From positions 32,001 to 96,000 of the forward strand of contig BTVI01000003.1 of the NCBI GenBank assembly GCA_045862955.1: a stretch of DNA of 64,000 nt. The letters are read 5' to 3'. A model generated the notes under the pieces. It did no database searches and was not told the DNA's origin. It saw only the letters and a program-made list of their open reading frames with translations. The first letter of the stretch is position 1. Each line of letters starts with the position of its first letter. Made by a program: the position numbers and the translations under genes. Shown here piece by piece: positions 28,406 to 38,099 of the stretch. This DNA is from Fimbriimonadales bacterium. Lineage in GTDB: Bacteria; Armatimonadota; Fimbriimonadia; Fimbriimonadales; JABRVX01.

Positions 28406-29734
28406 GTGCTGACGGCTGCATTCACCACGCTAGGCTGCAAGGTCAACCAATACGAGACGCGTCGCATCGCCGAGAGCTTCGAGCGTCGGGGATTTCGCGT
28501 GGTGCCCTTCGAGGAGGCTGCCAGCGTGTACGTGGTGAACACCTGCTCCGTGACTGCGGTTGCGTCCAGCAAATCGCGGCAGATCCTGCGGCGGGCGAGA
28601 CGCACCAACCCAGCCGCGAAGGTCGTGGTGACCGGATGCGAAGCGCATGCTGCGGCACGCGCGGGACGCCTGCTGCCAGAGGCCGACCTGGTAGTGCCAA
28701 ACCCCGAGAAGTTGGAGACCATCTCGCACTTCCTGCGCGCGTTTCCAGAGTACGCCGCTCGTGCTGCCGCTCCGTGTGCCGATGTAACGCTCCCACGGCC
28801 ACAGCGACGCACGCGTGCGGTGGTGAAGGTCCAGGACGGATGCAACGTCTTCTGTTCCTACTGCTCGATCCCCTATACCCGTCCCGTACTTTCGAGTAGG
28901 CCTTGGCGTGACGTCGTGGAAGAGGTCGAAGAACTGGTAGCCGAGGGACATCGCGAGGTGGTACTGACCGGCGTGCTGATCGGCGACTACGGACCACACA
29001 CCGGGAGCGGCGGGCCGAACCTGAGCGGACTGTGCGCCGAACTCGCGGACATTCGACGCTTGCAGCGCATCCGTATCAGCTCCATCGAGGTGACACAGGT
29101 CTCCGACGAGTTGATACGCCTGATGCGCGAAGAGCCCAAGATGTGCCCGCACCTGCACATCCCACTGCAGTCCGGCAGCGACCGGGTGTTGAGTGGCATG
29201 GGACGGCCTTACTCTCGCGACGAGTACGTAGCGAGGTGCTCGGAGGCGAAGGCTAGCGTGCGTGACCTGGCCATCACCACGGACATCATGGTAGGGTTTC
29301 CGACGGAGGACGAGACCGCGCTGGGTGACACCGTGAGAGTCGTCGAAAGAGTGGGATACCTGTCAGCACATGTGTTCCGATACTCTCCTCGGCCGGGCAC
29401 ACCCGCCGAGGCGCTGGGAGACTCCGTGCCGCACGAGGAGAAGATGCGGAGAAGCAGGATCGTGTGCGAGGCCGCAGCTCGCTCTGGTCGCGCCTACCGA
29501 GCCGGGTTCATCGGGCGCCCAGTGCGAGTGTTAGTGGAAAGTGTGCAACGAGCGTCGGGGCTGTTGAAAGGACACTCCGACAACTACCTCGAAGTGGAGT
29601 TCCCCGGGTCCGGTGAGCTGGTAGGTGATCTCGTCACGGTGCGAGTTCTCGCTGACGGCCCTCACTGCCTGTCGGGGGAGATCATGGAACCACACAATGC
29701 AAGGAGGACGAATGGACGGCTGCATATTCTGTAA
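28406..29734 (+). CDS. mtaB: tRNA t6A37 methylthiotransferase (radical SAM)
   Basis: TLGCKVNQYE, NTCSVT, KVQDGCNVFCSYC, HLHIPLQSG; TRAM-like C-terminus. Confidence 0.93.
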   Translation: MLTAAFTTLGCKVNQYETRRIAESFERRGFRVVPFEEAASVYVVNTCSVTAVASSKSRQILRRARRTNPAAKVVVTGCEAHAAARAGRLLPEADLVVPNPEKLETISHFLRAFPEYAARAAAPCADVTLPRPQRRTRAVVKVQDGCNVFCSYCSIPYTRPVLSSRPWRDVVEEVEELVAEGHREVVLTGVLIGDYGPHTGSGGPNLSGLCAELADIRRLQRIRISSIEVTQVSDELIRLMREEPKMCPHLHIPLQSGSDRVLSGMGRPYSRDEYVARCSEAKASVRDLAITTDIMVGFPTEDETALGDTVRVVERVGYLSAHVFRYSPRPGTPAEALGDSVPHEEKMRRSRIVCEAAARSGRAYRAGFIGRPVRVLVESVQRASGLLKGHSDNYLEVEFPGSGELVGDLVTVRVLADGPHCLSGEIMEPHNARRTNGRLHIL

Positions 29735-30056
29735 GATCGCGTCGAAGGAGGCACCCTCTCAATACGTTCACGAGACCGAGTACACGGTGGCTTTTCGCGA
29801 TCTGAATCCCGTTGCGCCTTCGCACATTCTGATCATCCCAAAGCGGCACATACTTAACCTGGACGCCGCCTCCGCAGAGGACGCAACGCTGCTCGGCGAG
29901 ATACTACTAGTAGCTGCTGCGATCGCGCGCAGTGAGGGATTCGCAGAGAACGGCTATCGGGTCGTACTGAACGTTGGGCCGGATGGCGGGCAGACCGTCG
30001 GCCATCTCCACGCGCACTTACTGGCCGGCCGCCACCTCACCTGGCCCCCGGGGTAG
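29712..30056 (+). CDS. hinT: Histidine triad (HIT) nucleotide-binding protein
   Basis: CIFCKI, GQTVGHLHAH, WPPG. Confidence 0.92.
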   Translation: MDGCIFCKIASKEAPSQYVHETEYTVAFRDLNPVAPSHILIIPKRHILNLDAASAEDATLLGEILLVAAAIARSEGFAENGYRVVLNVGPDGGQTVGHLHAHLLAGRHLTWPPG

Positions 30057-30062
30057 TAAACA

Positions 30063-32420
30063 TCAGACGTCGTCGTGTTCGGTGCGCGCGATGATCTCGT
30101 CTTGCAGTGACTCGCTCAGGTCGCAGAAGTAATCGCTGTAGCCGGCCACACGCACGATCAGGTCGCGGTGCTTCTCGGGGTGCCGCTTCGCGTCGCGCAG
30201 CGTGTCGGCAGTTACTACGTTGAACTGCATGTGGTGGCCGTCCAGACGGAAGTAGGTGCGGACCAGATGTCCTAGCCGCTCGATGCCGTCGTCGCCTTCC
30301 AACACTTTCGGCGTGAACTTCATGTTCAGCAGCGTACCTCCGGTCCGTAAGTGGTCCATCTTCGCAGCGGACTTGATTACCGCTGTCGGGCCGTGCCGAT
30401 CCGCACCCTGCACCGGAGAGATGCCCTCGGAGAGGGGCTCCCCTGCCCTGCGTCCGTCCGGCGTCGCGCCCGTCACCGAGCCGAAGTACACGTGACACGT
30501 GGTAGGCAACATGTTTATGCGATAGCAGCCACCGCGCGTGTTCGGACGGCCGTTAACGGCATCGTAGTAAGCATTGAACACGGCTACCATCAGGTCGTCG
30601 GCGCAGTCATCGTCGTTGCCGTACTTCGGGCTCTTGTTCACGAGCATCTGCCTGAGCGGCTCATGCCCCTCGAAGCCGCAAGCTAACGCAGCCAGCAACT
30701 CGCTGATGCCGACCGACCGTCTCTCGAACACGTGGTGACGGATCGCAGCCAGCGAGTCGGTGATAGTGCCTATACCCACCCCCTGCAAGTAGCTAGTATT
30801 GTAGCGTGCGCCACCGGCGTTATAGTCCTTCGCGTTCTCGATGCAGTCGTCGATGATCACCGAAAGGAACGGCGCCGGCATGCGCTGCGCATACAGACGT
30901 TCGATGACGTTGCTGCCACGTAGCTTGACGTCCACGAAGTGCCGCATCTGCGCTACGAACGCCCCCATCAGCTGCTCGAAGCTCTGGAAGGTAGCGGGGG
31001 CGCCAGTCTCGAGCCCAATCCGCTTCCCGGTCCTGGGATCGACGCCGTTGTTCAGTGCGATCTCTAGCACCTTCGGCAGGTTGAAGTAGCCTGTTAGTAT
31101 GTACGCCTCTTTGCCGAACGCACCCGTCTCCACACAGCCGCTGGTGCCGCCACAACGCGCATCCTCCAAGCTCTTGCCTTGACGCAACAACTCTTCCACT
31201 ACCGCGTCGGCGTTGAACAGTGATGGTTGCCCCCAGCCCTTGCGCACGATCTTCAGTGCACGGCGAAGGAGCCTTTCAGGATTGCGTTTGCTAAGCTGTA
31301 TGTTCGTGCTAGGTTGCAGCAGGCGCATCTCGTCCACTACGTCCAGCATCAAAAAGGTGACATCGTTCACTCCATCCGAGCCATCCGGCCGCAATCCGCC
31401 GTGGCTGATGTTGGCAAAGTCGGTGTAGGTGCCACTCTCGGCAGCGGTAACACCAACCTTCGGGGGTGCAGGCTGGTTGTTGAACTTCACCCACAGGCAC
31501 TGCAGCAGCTCCTTGGCCGCTTCCTCTGTTAGCGACCCATCTTCCAGCCCTCGCTGATAGAAGGGTAATAGGTGCTGGTCGAGCCGACCGGGGCTGAAGG
31601 AATCCCAAGTGTTCAGCTCGGTGATGACTCCCAGATGGACGAACCAGTACATCTGTAGCGCCTCGTGGAAGTTCCGTGGAGCGTTGGCTGGCACGTGCCG
31701 GCAAACCTCGGCGATACGTAGCAGTTCGGCCTTCCGTGTGACGTCTGCTTCTTGTGCCGCTTGCCTCTCAGCCTCTTCGGCGTGACGCTCGGCGAAGCGA
31801 ATCAGTGCCTCACAGCACACCGACATGGCCCGCAACTGCTCCAGCTTGGCGAACGCTTCTGGGTCTGTTAGAAAGTCTAGCTGCTCGATGCGCGCTGCGA
31901 TACGCTGCTGGAAGTCTCGCAGTCCGTAGTGATAGATCTTGTCGTCGGCGACAGTGTGGCCGGGAGCTCGCTGCTCCATGAACTCCGTGAAGATGCCGGC
32001 ACCGTATGCGTCTTTCCACTCCGGCGTCATGGCATCGAAGATGGCTTCTCGCAAGCTCTTTCCCTTCCAGTAGGGGATAATCGTCGTCTCGTAAGCCTTG
32101 CGCGTATCTTCGTCCACGGCATAGGGGATCTTCTCGCGCGAGTCGAGGAGGTCCAAGTCGTCGAGGGTGTGGCAGCACAGCTCCGGGTAGGTGGGAGTGG
32201 CCTTCGGCGCGGGTCCTCGCTCGCCAACGATCAGCTCCCCGGGGCCGACATAGATGGTCTTGTGCTCCATTAGGTGCTGGAAGGCTCGCGCCCTAAGCAT
32301 TGGGGGCGACATCGATCCGGCGTTGGCATAGAACTGGGTCATCAACAGCGCGCGCTCTGCCGAGATGCGTGGCTTCGCCCGGAGGCTCTCTTCCCTCAGC
32401 TTTTCGACACGATGGTTCAT
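30063..32420 (-). CDS. hypD: Glycyl radical enzyme, probably trans-4-hydroxy-L-proline dehydratase
   Basis: RVAGY glycyl loop, SGCVE Cys loop, and HypD-type motifs EQRAPGH, WDSFSPGRLDQ, ESGTYTDFAN, GYFN, LPTTCH. Confidence 0.85.
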   Translation of the reverse strand: MNHRVEKLREESLRAKPRISAERALLMTQFYANAGSMSPPMLRARAFQHLMEHKTIYVGPGELIVGERGPAPKATPTYPELCCHTLDDLDLLDSREKIPYAVDEDTRKAYETTIIPYWKGKSLREAIFDAMTPEWKDAYGAGIFTEFMEQRAPGHTVADDKIYHYGLRDFQQRIAARIEQLDFLTDPEAFAKLEQLRAMSVCCEALIRFAERHAEEAERQAAQEADVTRKAELLRIAEVCRHVPANAPRNFHEALQMYWFVHLGVITELNTWDSFSPGRLDQHLLPFYQRGLEDGSLTEEAAKELLQCLWVKFNNQPAPPKVGVTAAESGTYTDFANISHGGLRPDGSDGVNDVTFLMLDVVDEMRLLQPSTNIQLSKRNPERLLRRALKIVRKGWGQPSLFNADAVVEELLRQGKSLEDARCGGTSGCVETGAFGKEAYILTGYFNLPKVLEIALNNGVDPRTGKRIGLETGAPATFQSFEQLMGAFVAQMRHFVDVKLRGSNVIERLYAQRMPAPFLSVIIDDCIENAKDYNAGGARYNTSYLQGVGIGTITDSLAAIRHHVFERRSVGISELLAALACGFEGHEPLRQMLVNKSPKYGNDDDCADDLMVAVFNAYYDAVNGRPNTRGGCYRINMLPTTCHVYFGSVTGATPDGRRAGEPLSEGISPVQGADRHGPTAVIKSAAKMDHLRTGGTLLNMKFTPKVLEGDDGIERLGHLVRTYFRLDGHHMQFNVVTADTLRDAKRHPEKHRDLIVRVAGYSDYFCDLSESLQDEIIARTEHDDV

Positions 32421-32423
32421 CGT

Positions 32424-33308
32424 CTACGCTCCTATCGAAACCTGAAGCCCCTCGCGGGCCACGAGGCGGCGCATCAGCTCCAAGTCCTCTGGTGATTGTG
32501 TCTCCATCGGGGGAAGGTGGTAGTCGTAGCCGAGGCGAGCGTGCTTATCGGCGGCCATCTTATGGAAGGGCAACAGATCAACCCGCGTCACACCGAGGGA
32601 CTGCACGAACTCACCGATGGCCGACAGATTCTCCTCGGTGTCCGTGATACCGGGAATGAGGGGCACCCGCACGATGACCTCCGAGCCCAGTGCCACGAGC
32701 TCGCGCAGGTTCTGCAAGATCATCTTGTTCGAGACGCCGGTGTAGATCCGATGCTGCTCGGCATCCATCAGCTTCAGGTCATACAGAAACAGGTCGGTAT
32801 GTCGAGCGATCTCGCGGACGGTGGCGGTCGGAGCAAAGCCCGTGGTGTCCACCACCGTGTGTAGATCTTTCGCCCGGCAGGCAGACAGTACGCTCCCCAG
32901 AAACTCCGCCTGGAGTAGCGGTTCTCCGCCCGAAAAGGTAACGCCCCCGCCCGATTCCTGGTAGAAATCCCGGTCCTTCTCCATTTCGCGTAGCAGCTCG
33001 GGCACCGTGTACACACGTCCTACGATTTCACGTGCGCCCGTGGGGCAGGCCTCGACGCAGTCGCCGCACAGCACACACAACAGGCGGTTTTGCACCGCGC
33101 CAACCTTGCAGGAGCGAACGCAGGACCCGCAACGGATGCATCTTCCCTCCGTGAATGCTATCTCCCGTTCCGGAGCCCGGCTCTCCGGGTTGTGGCACCA
33201 TGGACACGCGAGAGGGCAACCTTTGAGGAACACAGTGGTCCGTATGCCCGGCCCATCGTGGGTCGAGAAGCGCTGGATGTTAAATACGGTACCTGTGATT
33301 TCTTTCAC
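32424..33308 (-). CDS. Glycyl radical enzyme activating enzyme with ferredoxin insert
   Basis: HDGPGIRTTVFLKGCPLACPWCHNPE, CxxCxxCxxxC insert, GVTFSGGE. Confidence 0.93.
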   Translation of the reverse strand: MKEITGTVFNIQRFSTHDGPGIRTTVFLKGCPLACPWCHNPESRAPEREIAFTEGRCIRCGSCVRSCKVGAVQNRLLCVLCGDCVEACPTGAREIVGRVYTVPELLREMEKDRDFYQESGGGVTFSGGEPLLQAEFLGSVLSACRAKDLHTVVDTTGFAPTATVREIARHTDLFLYDLKLMDAEQHRIYTGVSNKMILQNLRELVALGSEVIVRVPLIPGITDTEENLSAIGEFVQSLGVTRVDLLPFHKMAADKHARLGYDYHLPPMETQSPEDLELMRRLVAREGLQVSIGA

Positions 33309-33474
33309 GAGATGTGGTCGAGTGCCCAGAGGTTCGCCCGCTCACCGCCCATTGTATCGCAGGAGCAGGCTCGTTTCGGGCGCAGGACGCCCGATTCCAT
33401 CGCAGGGCCCAGTGGGACTTCGCGCAATAGGCCACAAAGGGGTAGAATGGGCTCAATAATAGGAGGTTTGCCCT

Positions 33475-35436
33475 ATGTCCGTTGACCAGACTGCGATTAA
33501 GGCGCTGCTCGAAGAGAATCGCACCTTTCCTCCCTCCCCCGAGTTCGTGGCCCAGGCCAACGTTTCGGATCCTTCGGTCTATGAGCGAGCCGAAGCCGAT
33601 CCGGAGGGCTTCTGGGCCGAGTTCGCCAGGGAGCTCCACTGGTACAAGCCTTGGGATACGGTGTTGGAGTGGAACCCGCCGCATGCGAAGTGGTTCATCG
33701 GCGGCAAGTTGAACGCTTCGTACAACTGTCTCGAGCGCATCATCGCCCAGGGCAAGGGGGACAAGATTGCTCTGCTGTTCGAGGGAGAGCCTGGCGATAG
33801 CCGGACTCTAACCTACAACGAGATGCTCGAGCAGACTAACAAGCTTGCCAACACGCTGAAGTCCATGGGGGTTCAGAAGGGCGATCGGGTGTGCATCTAT
33901 ATGCCGATGATCCCGGAGCTCGTGATCTCCCTACTGGCCTGCGCTCGGATTGGCGCTCCGCACTCCGTGGTCTTTGGCGGGTTCAGCGCTCAGAGTCTCG
34001 TGGACCGTATCACGGACGCTGATGCGCACTACGTGATCACTGCCGATGGAGGCTACCGCCGAGGAAAGGTGGTTCACCTAAAAGCTGCGGTGGACGAGGC
34101 ACTGAAGAACTGCCCGAACGTCAAGGCTACGCTAGTGTACGAGCGCATCGGCAAGCCCGACGTTTGCCCCGTGAACATGGTAGAGGGCCGAGACCACTGG
34201 TGGCAGACGCTCATGGCCCAGGCTTCCGACGTGTGCGAGCCCGAGCCGATGGATGCGGAAGACGTGCTTTACATCCTCTACACGAGTGGCTCGACCGGAA
34301 AGCCGAAAGGAATCGTGCACACCACGGGCGGCTATCTCGTCGGGGCCTATGCCACCGCCAAGTGGACCTTCGACCTGAAGGACAGCGACATCTACTGGTG
34401 TACGGCGGACATCGGGTGGGTGACTGGACACACCTATATCGTGTATGGAGCGATGGCTAACGGCGTGACGCAGGTGCTGTACGAGGGAGCTCCGGACTGG
34501 CCAGAGCAGGATCGATTCTGGGAGATCGTCGAGAAGTATAAGGTCACGATCATGTACACCGCTCCCACCGCGATCCGCGCATTCATGAAGTGGGGCGACC
34601 ACCTTCCGGCCAAGCACGACCTGTCGTCGCTTCGTCTTCTCGGCACGGTCGGCGAGCCGATCAATCCCGAAGCGTGGATGTGGTACTACGAGCACATCGG
34701 CGGCTCGCGAGTACCCATCGTGGACACATGGTGGCAGACGGAGACGGGGCATCTGCTCATCACCCCGCTGCCAGGCATCACGGCCACGAAGCCCGGCTCC
34801 GCATGCCGCGCGTTCCCGGGAATCGGTGTGGACGTGATCGACGAGGCCGGCAACAGCGTGCCCAACGGCAGCGCCGGGTACCTAATCCTCACGCGCCCGT
34901 GGCCCGGCATGCTCCGCACCATCCACAACGACCCGGAGCGCTACGTGCGGCAGTACTGGTCCCAGTATCCGGGCCGCTACTTCACCGGTGACGGGGCGAA
35001 GAAGGACAAGGACGGCTACCTGTGGCTGCTCGGCCGCGTGGACGACGTGATGAACGTCGCCGGCCACCGTCTCAGCACCATGGAGATCGAGTCGGCTCTG
35101 GTGGACCACCCAGCCGTTGCGGAAGCTGCAGTCATCGGGAAGGACGACCCATTGAAGGGCCAGGCCGTAGCAGCGTTCGTGATCCTGAAGCAAGGCTACG
35201 AGCGCTCGGAAGAGCTGATCAGCGAACTCAAAAAGCACGTGGGAACGAAGATCGGTCCCATTGCGCGGCCGGACGACATCATCGTGACCGCGGAGCTTCC
35301 GAAGACGCGGTCGGGCAAGATCATGCGGCGTTTGCTTCGTGACGTGGCCGAGGGGCGTGCGTTGGGCGATACCACCACGCTTGCAGACCCCGCGGTGGTC
35401 GCGGCCCTGAAGCAGAAGTACTCGGACGAGGGGTAG
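33475..35436 (+). CDS. acs: Acetyl-CoA synthetase
   Basis: [41 protein letters not shown]. Confidence 0.96.
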   Translation: MSVDQTAIKALLEENRTFPPSPEFVAQANVSDPSVYERAEADPEGFWAEFARELHWYKPWDTVLEWNPPHAKWFIGGKLNASYNCLERIIAQGKGDKIALLFEGEPGDSRTLTYNEMLEQTNKLANTLKSMGVQKGDRVCIYMPMIPELVISLLACARIGAPHSVVFGGFSAQSLVDRITDADAHYVITADGGYRRGKVVHLKAAVDEALKNCPNVKATLVYERIGKPDVCPVNMVEGRDHWWQTLMAQASDVCEPEPMDAEDVLYILYTSGSTGKPKGIVHTTGGYLVGAYATAKWTFDLKDSDIYWCTADIGWVTGHTYIVYGAMANGVTQVLYEGAPDWPEQDRFWEIVEKYKVTIMYTAPTAIRAFMKWGDHLPAKHDLSSLRLLGTVGEPINPEAWMWYYEHIGGSRVPIVDTWWQTETGHLLITPLPGITATKPGSACRAFPGIGVDVIDEAGNSVPNGSAGYLILTRPWPGMLRTIHNDPERYVRQYWSQYPGRYFTGDGAKKDKDGYLWLLGRVDDVMNVAGHRLSTMEIESALVDHPAVAEAAVIGKDDPLKGQAVAAFVILKQGYERSEELISELKKHVGTKIGPIARPDDIIVTAELPKTRSGKIMRRLLRDVAEGRALGDTTTLADPAVVAALKQKYSDEG

Positions 35437-35466
35437 AGTTCCCCGCTTCGTGACGTAGGTTAGGTC

Positions 35467-35490
35467 GGGGCGGTCCTCCGGGCCGCCCCC
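35467..35490 (+). terminator. GC hairpin after acs
   Basis: GGGGCGGTCC...GGGCCGCCCC; no clear U tract. Confidence 0.45.
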
Positions 35491-35610
35491 ATCGCATCGC
35501 AGTAGGCTGTCGCTCGTAACTGCCGGATGGCAAGCGGTTGCTAAGTGCCTTTCCGAGCCTTCGCGGGTCCCCCGGCAGTGGCTGTCTTCCCGAGCTAGTC
35601 GCGGCTCCCA

Positions 35611-36163
35611 TGCCTCGATGTTTGGGCTGCGGGTAGCGGCAGCCTTCCGCTCAAGACCATCCCCAGCAGCCGAACGTCGAGGCATCCAACTCGTCCATAC
35701 CTCGGTGTTTCGGTTGCGGGTCGCGGCAACCTTCCGCTCAAGACCATCCCCAGCAGCCGAACGTCGAGGCACAGACGGTGCGCGCCAACAGAAGCGCCGG
35801 CATGCGACCCCCACCCCAGCTTCGCAGACCCTCCCCCTTCCGCTTCGCTCCAAGGGGAGGGGTCGGGGCTCGCTACGGACCGTACCAGAGCACGCGCTGG
35901 CAAGCATCGCTGAACGCCAAGCGCTACCACCGGGGCTAGCCGATGCATTCGGTCCATGCCTCGATGTTTCGGTTGCGGGTCGCGGCAGCCTTCCGCTCAA
36001 GACCATCCCCAGCAGCCGAACGTCGAGGCACAGACGGTGCGCGCCAGCCGAAGGGCCGGCATGCGACCCCCACCCCAGCTTCGCAGACCCTCCCCCTTCC
36101 GCTTCGCTCCAAGGGGAGGGGTCGGGGCTTCCCTGCCTCGATGTTTCGGCTGCGGGTAGCGGC
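35611..36163. repeat. Composite intergenic repeat: 74-bp palindromic-ended unit x3 plus a half unit, within a 178-bp direct duplication
   Basis: Units at 35611-35684, 35698-35771 and 35957-36030, half unit 36134-36163; 35693-35870 approximately equals 35952-36129. Confidence 0.9.
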
Positions 36164-36315
36164 CCCATGCCTCTGCTGCAGGAGCAGCGGAGGCATGGAG
36201 CAGTCGGCCACACGACCAACTGCAGCCTCCACGGCGAGAATGGCGAAAGCGCGCGAACAGCACCCGACGGCCACTCTTTTCCTAGGCCTTTTCGGGACTT
36301 TATCGCGCGAGCCTA

Positions 36316-36557
36316 TTGACACCTTGCAGAAAACCGATCATAGTGTAAGCGGTTCCGGGAATGACCGGCCCAATCTCACCAGGAGGAGCAGATCGAATGA
36401 CCAACCGCATCCGTCAGTATCTGCGGTCCCTCGCGCTGGCTAACAGCGAGGGGCTCCTGGGCGTCAATGCGTCTGCCTGGAGGAGGGTGTTGTAGGGCTT
36501 ACAGCCACCAGGACGCAGCGACGCCACGGGAGCCGGAAACCCGTGGCGTTTTCTATT
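36316..36557 (+). promoter_or_regulatory. Promoter plus leader-peptide transcription attenuator
   Basis: TTGACA-17-CATAGT; AGGAGG; uORF 36397-36495 (32 aa); terminator ACGCCACGGG/CCCGTGGCGT-TTTCTATT; mutually exclusive antiterminator. Confidence 0.8.
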
Positions 36558-36600
36558 GTGTGTTGCGCGGCAGACGGCCTTGGGCCGTGAGGAGAAAGAA

Positions 36601-37500
36601 GTGGATGTGCTGACCAAACCGACGAGCGAGAACCCGACGTCATCGCCCCCTGAGCCGGCGGCGATCCGCGTGGATCACGTCACCAAGACCTTCATGGAAG
36701 GCGAAGGGGACGAGGAGCGACTCGTAGACTGGCGGCGGTTCCTGCCCAACCTAGGGCAGAAGCGCAAGATCAAGAAGGCCGTGGACGACGTGTCGTTCGA
36801 AGTGCGGCCCGGAGGCATCTTCGGTGTGCTGGGACCGAACGGCTCGGGGAAATCCACCCTGATCCGCATGCTTACAACACTTCTGCTACCCGACGCGGGC
36901 CGCCTGGAAGTGTTCGGGGTGGACGTAGTGCGGCGACCGCTCGAGGTGCGCCGGATGATCAACCGAGTGTCGGTGGAAGCGAGCTTCTTCAAGTCGCTGT
37001 CTACGGCGGAGAACCTGTTGCACGGAGCGAGGCTGTACGGCCTGGACATCATCGAGTCCAAGAACCGGGCGCTGGACGCGCTGAAGAGGCTCGGCTTCGA
37101 GATGGACCGACTTGACAAGCCTGTGATGCATCTCTCGCGCGGCCAACAGCAAAAAGTGGCAATCGCCCGGGCGTTCATCACCCGGCCGCAGGTTTTGCTC
37201 CTCGACGAGCCCACGACCGGCCTGGACCCGCGGTCGAAGAAAGAGGTCCAGACGTTTCTAACCGAGATGCGGGCGGAGCAAAGCACCACGGTGCTACTGA
37301 CCACCCACGACATGAAGGAAGCAGAAGATCTGTGCGAGCAGATCGCCATCATGAGCCGCGGCAAGGTGGTCGCGATTGACACCGCGGAGGGCTTGAAGGC
37401 CCGAGTGCGCACCGACGGCACCGCCACGATGGAAGACGTGTTCATGGAACTGACCGGAAAGAAGTTCGAGGAGGAAGAATGGAACATCAAGGAGACGTGA
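36601..37500 (+). CDS. ABC exporter ATP-binding subunit (DrrA-like)
   Basis: [39 protein letters not shown] before GTG 36601. Confidence 0.92.
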   Translation: MDVLTKPTSENPTSSPPEPAAIRVDHVTKTFMEGEGDEERLVDWRRFLPNLGQKRKIKKAVDDVSFEVRPGGIFGVLGPNGSGKSTLIRMLTTLLLPDAGRLEVFGVDVVRRPLEVRRMINRVSVEASFFKSLSTAENLLHGARLYGLDIIESKNRALDALKRLGFEMDRLDKPVMHLSRGQQQKVAIARAFITRPQVLLLDEPTTGLDPRSKKEVQTFLTEMRAEQSTTVLLTTHDMKEAEDLCEQIAIMSRGKVVAIDTAEGLKARVRTDGTATMEDVFMELTGKKFEEEEWNIKET

Positions 37501-38069
37501 TCGAGGGAGAACTCGTGAACCTCCGCCGCACCGAGGAGCGGGACCTGCCGTTTCTTCAGGCGCTGTGGAACGACGGGCGCACGATGGCATCGGTTGGCTA
37601 CCCGTTCGGTCTCGACATTACGGCGGAGGAAATGCGGCGATGGTGGGTCCGCAACGAGATGCGCAGCGAAAACGCCCGTTACGGACTCACCGATGACCTC
37701 GGACATCGTATCGTAGAGACGAAGCTCGGCCTCCCCGTCGGGGAGTCCGGCTTCAGCCAGCCTCCTAGCGGCGGTATGGCGACTCTGGAACTAAAGATCC
37801 AGGCAGACCACTGGGGCTCGGGCTACGGTAGCGATGCGTTGCGCGCTCTGATCCGCCACACGTTCGACCACACGAATCTGGATCTCGTGGTTGTCGAGCC
37901 CGCGCTAGATAACCACCGGGCCAGGACGCTATATGCGAAGCTCGGTTTCGAGCCCAGCCCACGGCTGGTGCTGCCAGGTCGAGAGAACCGCGGGCTGTTC
38001 ATGGCGCTCAGCCGAGCCAGGTACCGCGAGGCTCAACGACCTCAGCCAGTGTTTTCGGGAGCGGGGTAA
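37497..38069 (+). CDS. GNAT acetyltransferase, RimJ/RimL-like
   Basis: VNLRR, HWGSGYG, N.RA..LY.KLGF. Confidence 0.85.
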   Translation: MIEGELVNLRRTEERDLPFLQALWNDGRTMASVGYPFGLDITAEEMRRWWVRNEMRSENARYGLTDDLGHRIVETKLGLPVGESGFSQPPSGGMATLELKIQADHWGSGYGSDALRALIRHTFDHTNLDLVVVEPALDNHRARTLYAKLGFEPSPRLVLPGRENRGLFMALSRARYREAQRPQPVFSGAG

Positions 38070-38099
38070 CCCGCTCCCGTTCCGTTCAGGAGGACTGTC

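Noticed and set aside
30063..32420. Pyruvate formate-lyase assignment (adjacent to acs)
   Set aside because: Has a single-Cys GCVE loop, not the PFL Cys-Cys pair, and the other motifs fit HypD.
35611..36163. Possible CRISPR array, and long ORFs such as 34882-36219 and 35618-36319
   Set aside because: Repeats are 74 bp with irregular, duplicated inter-repeat DNA; the ORFs are translations of repeats or antisense to acs.
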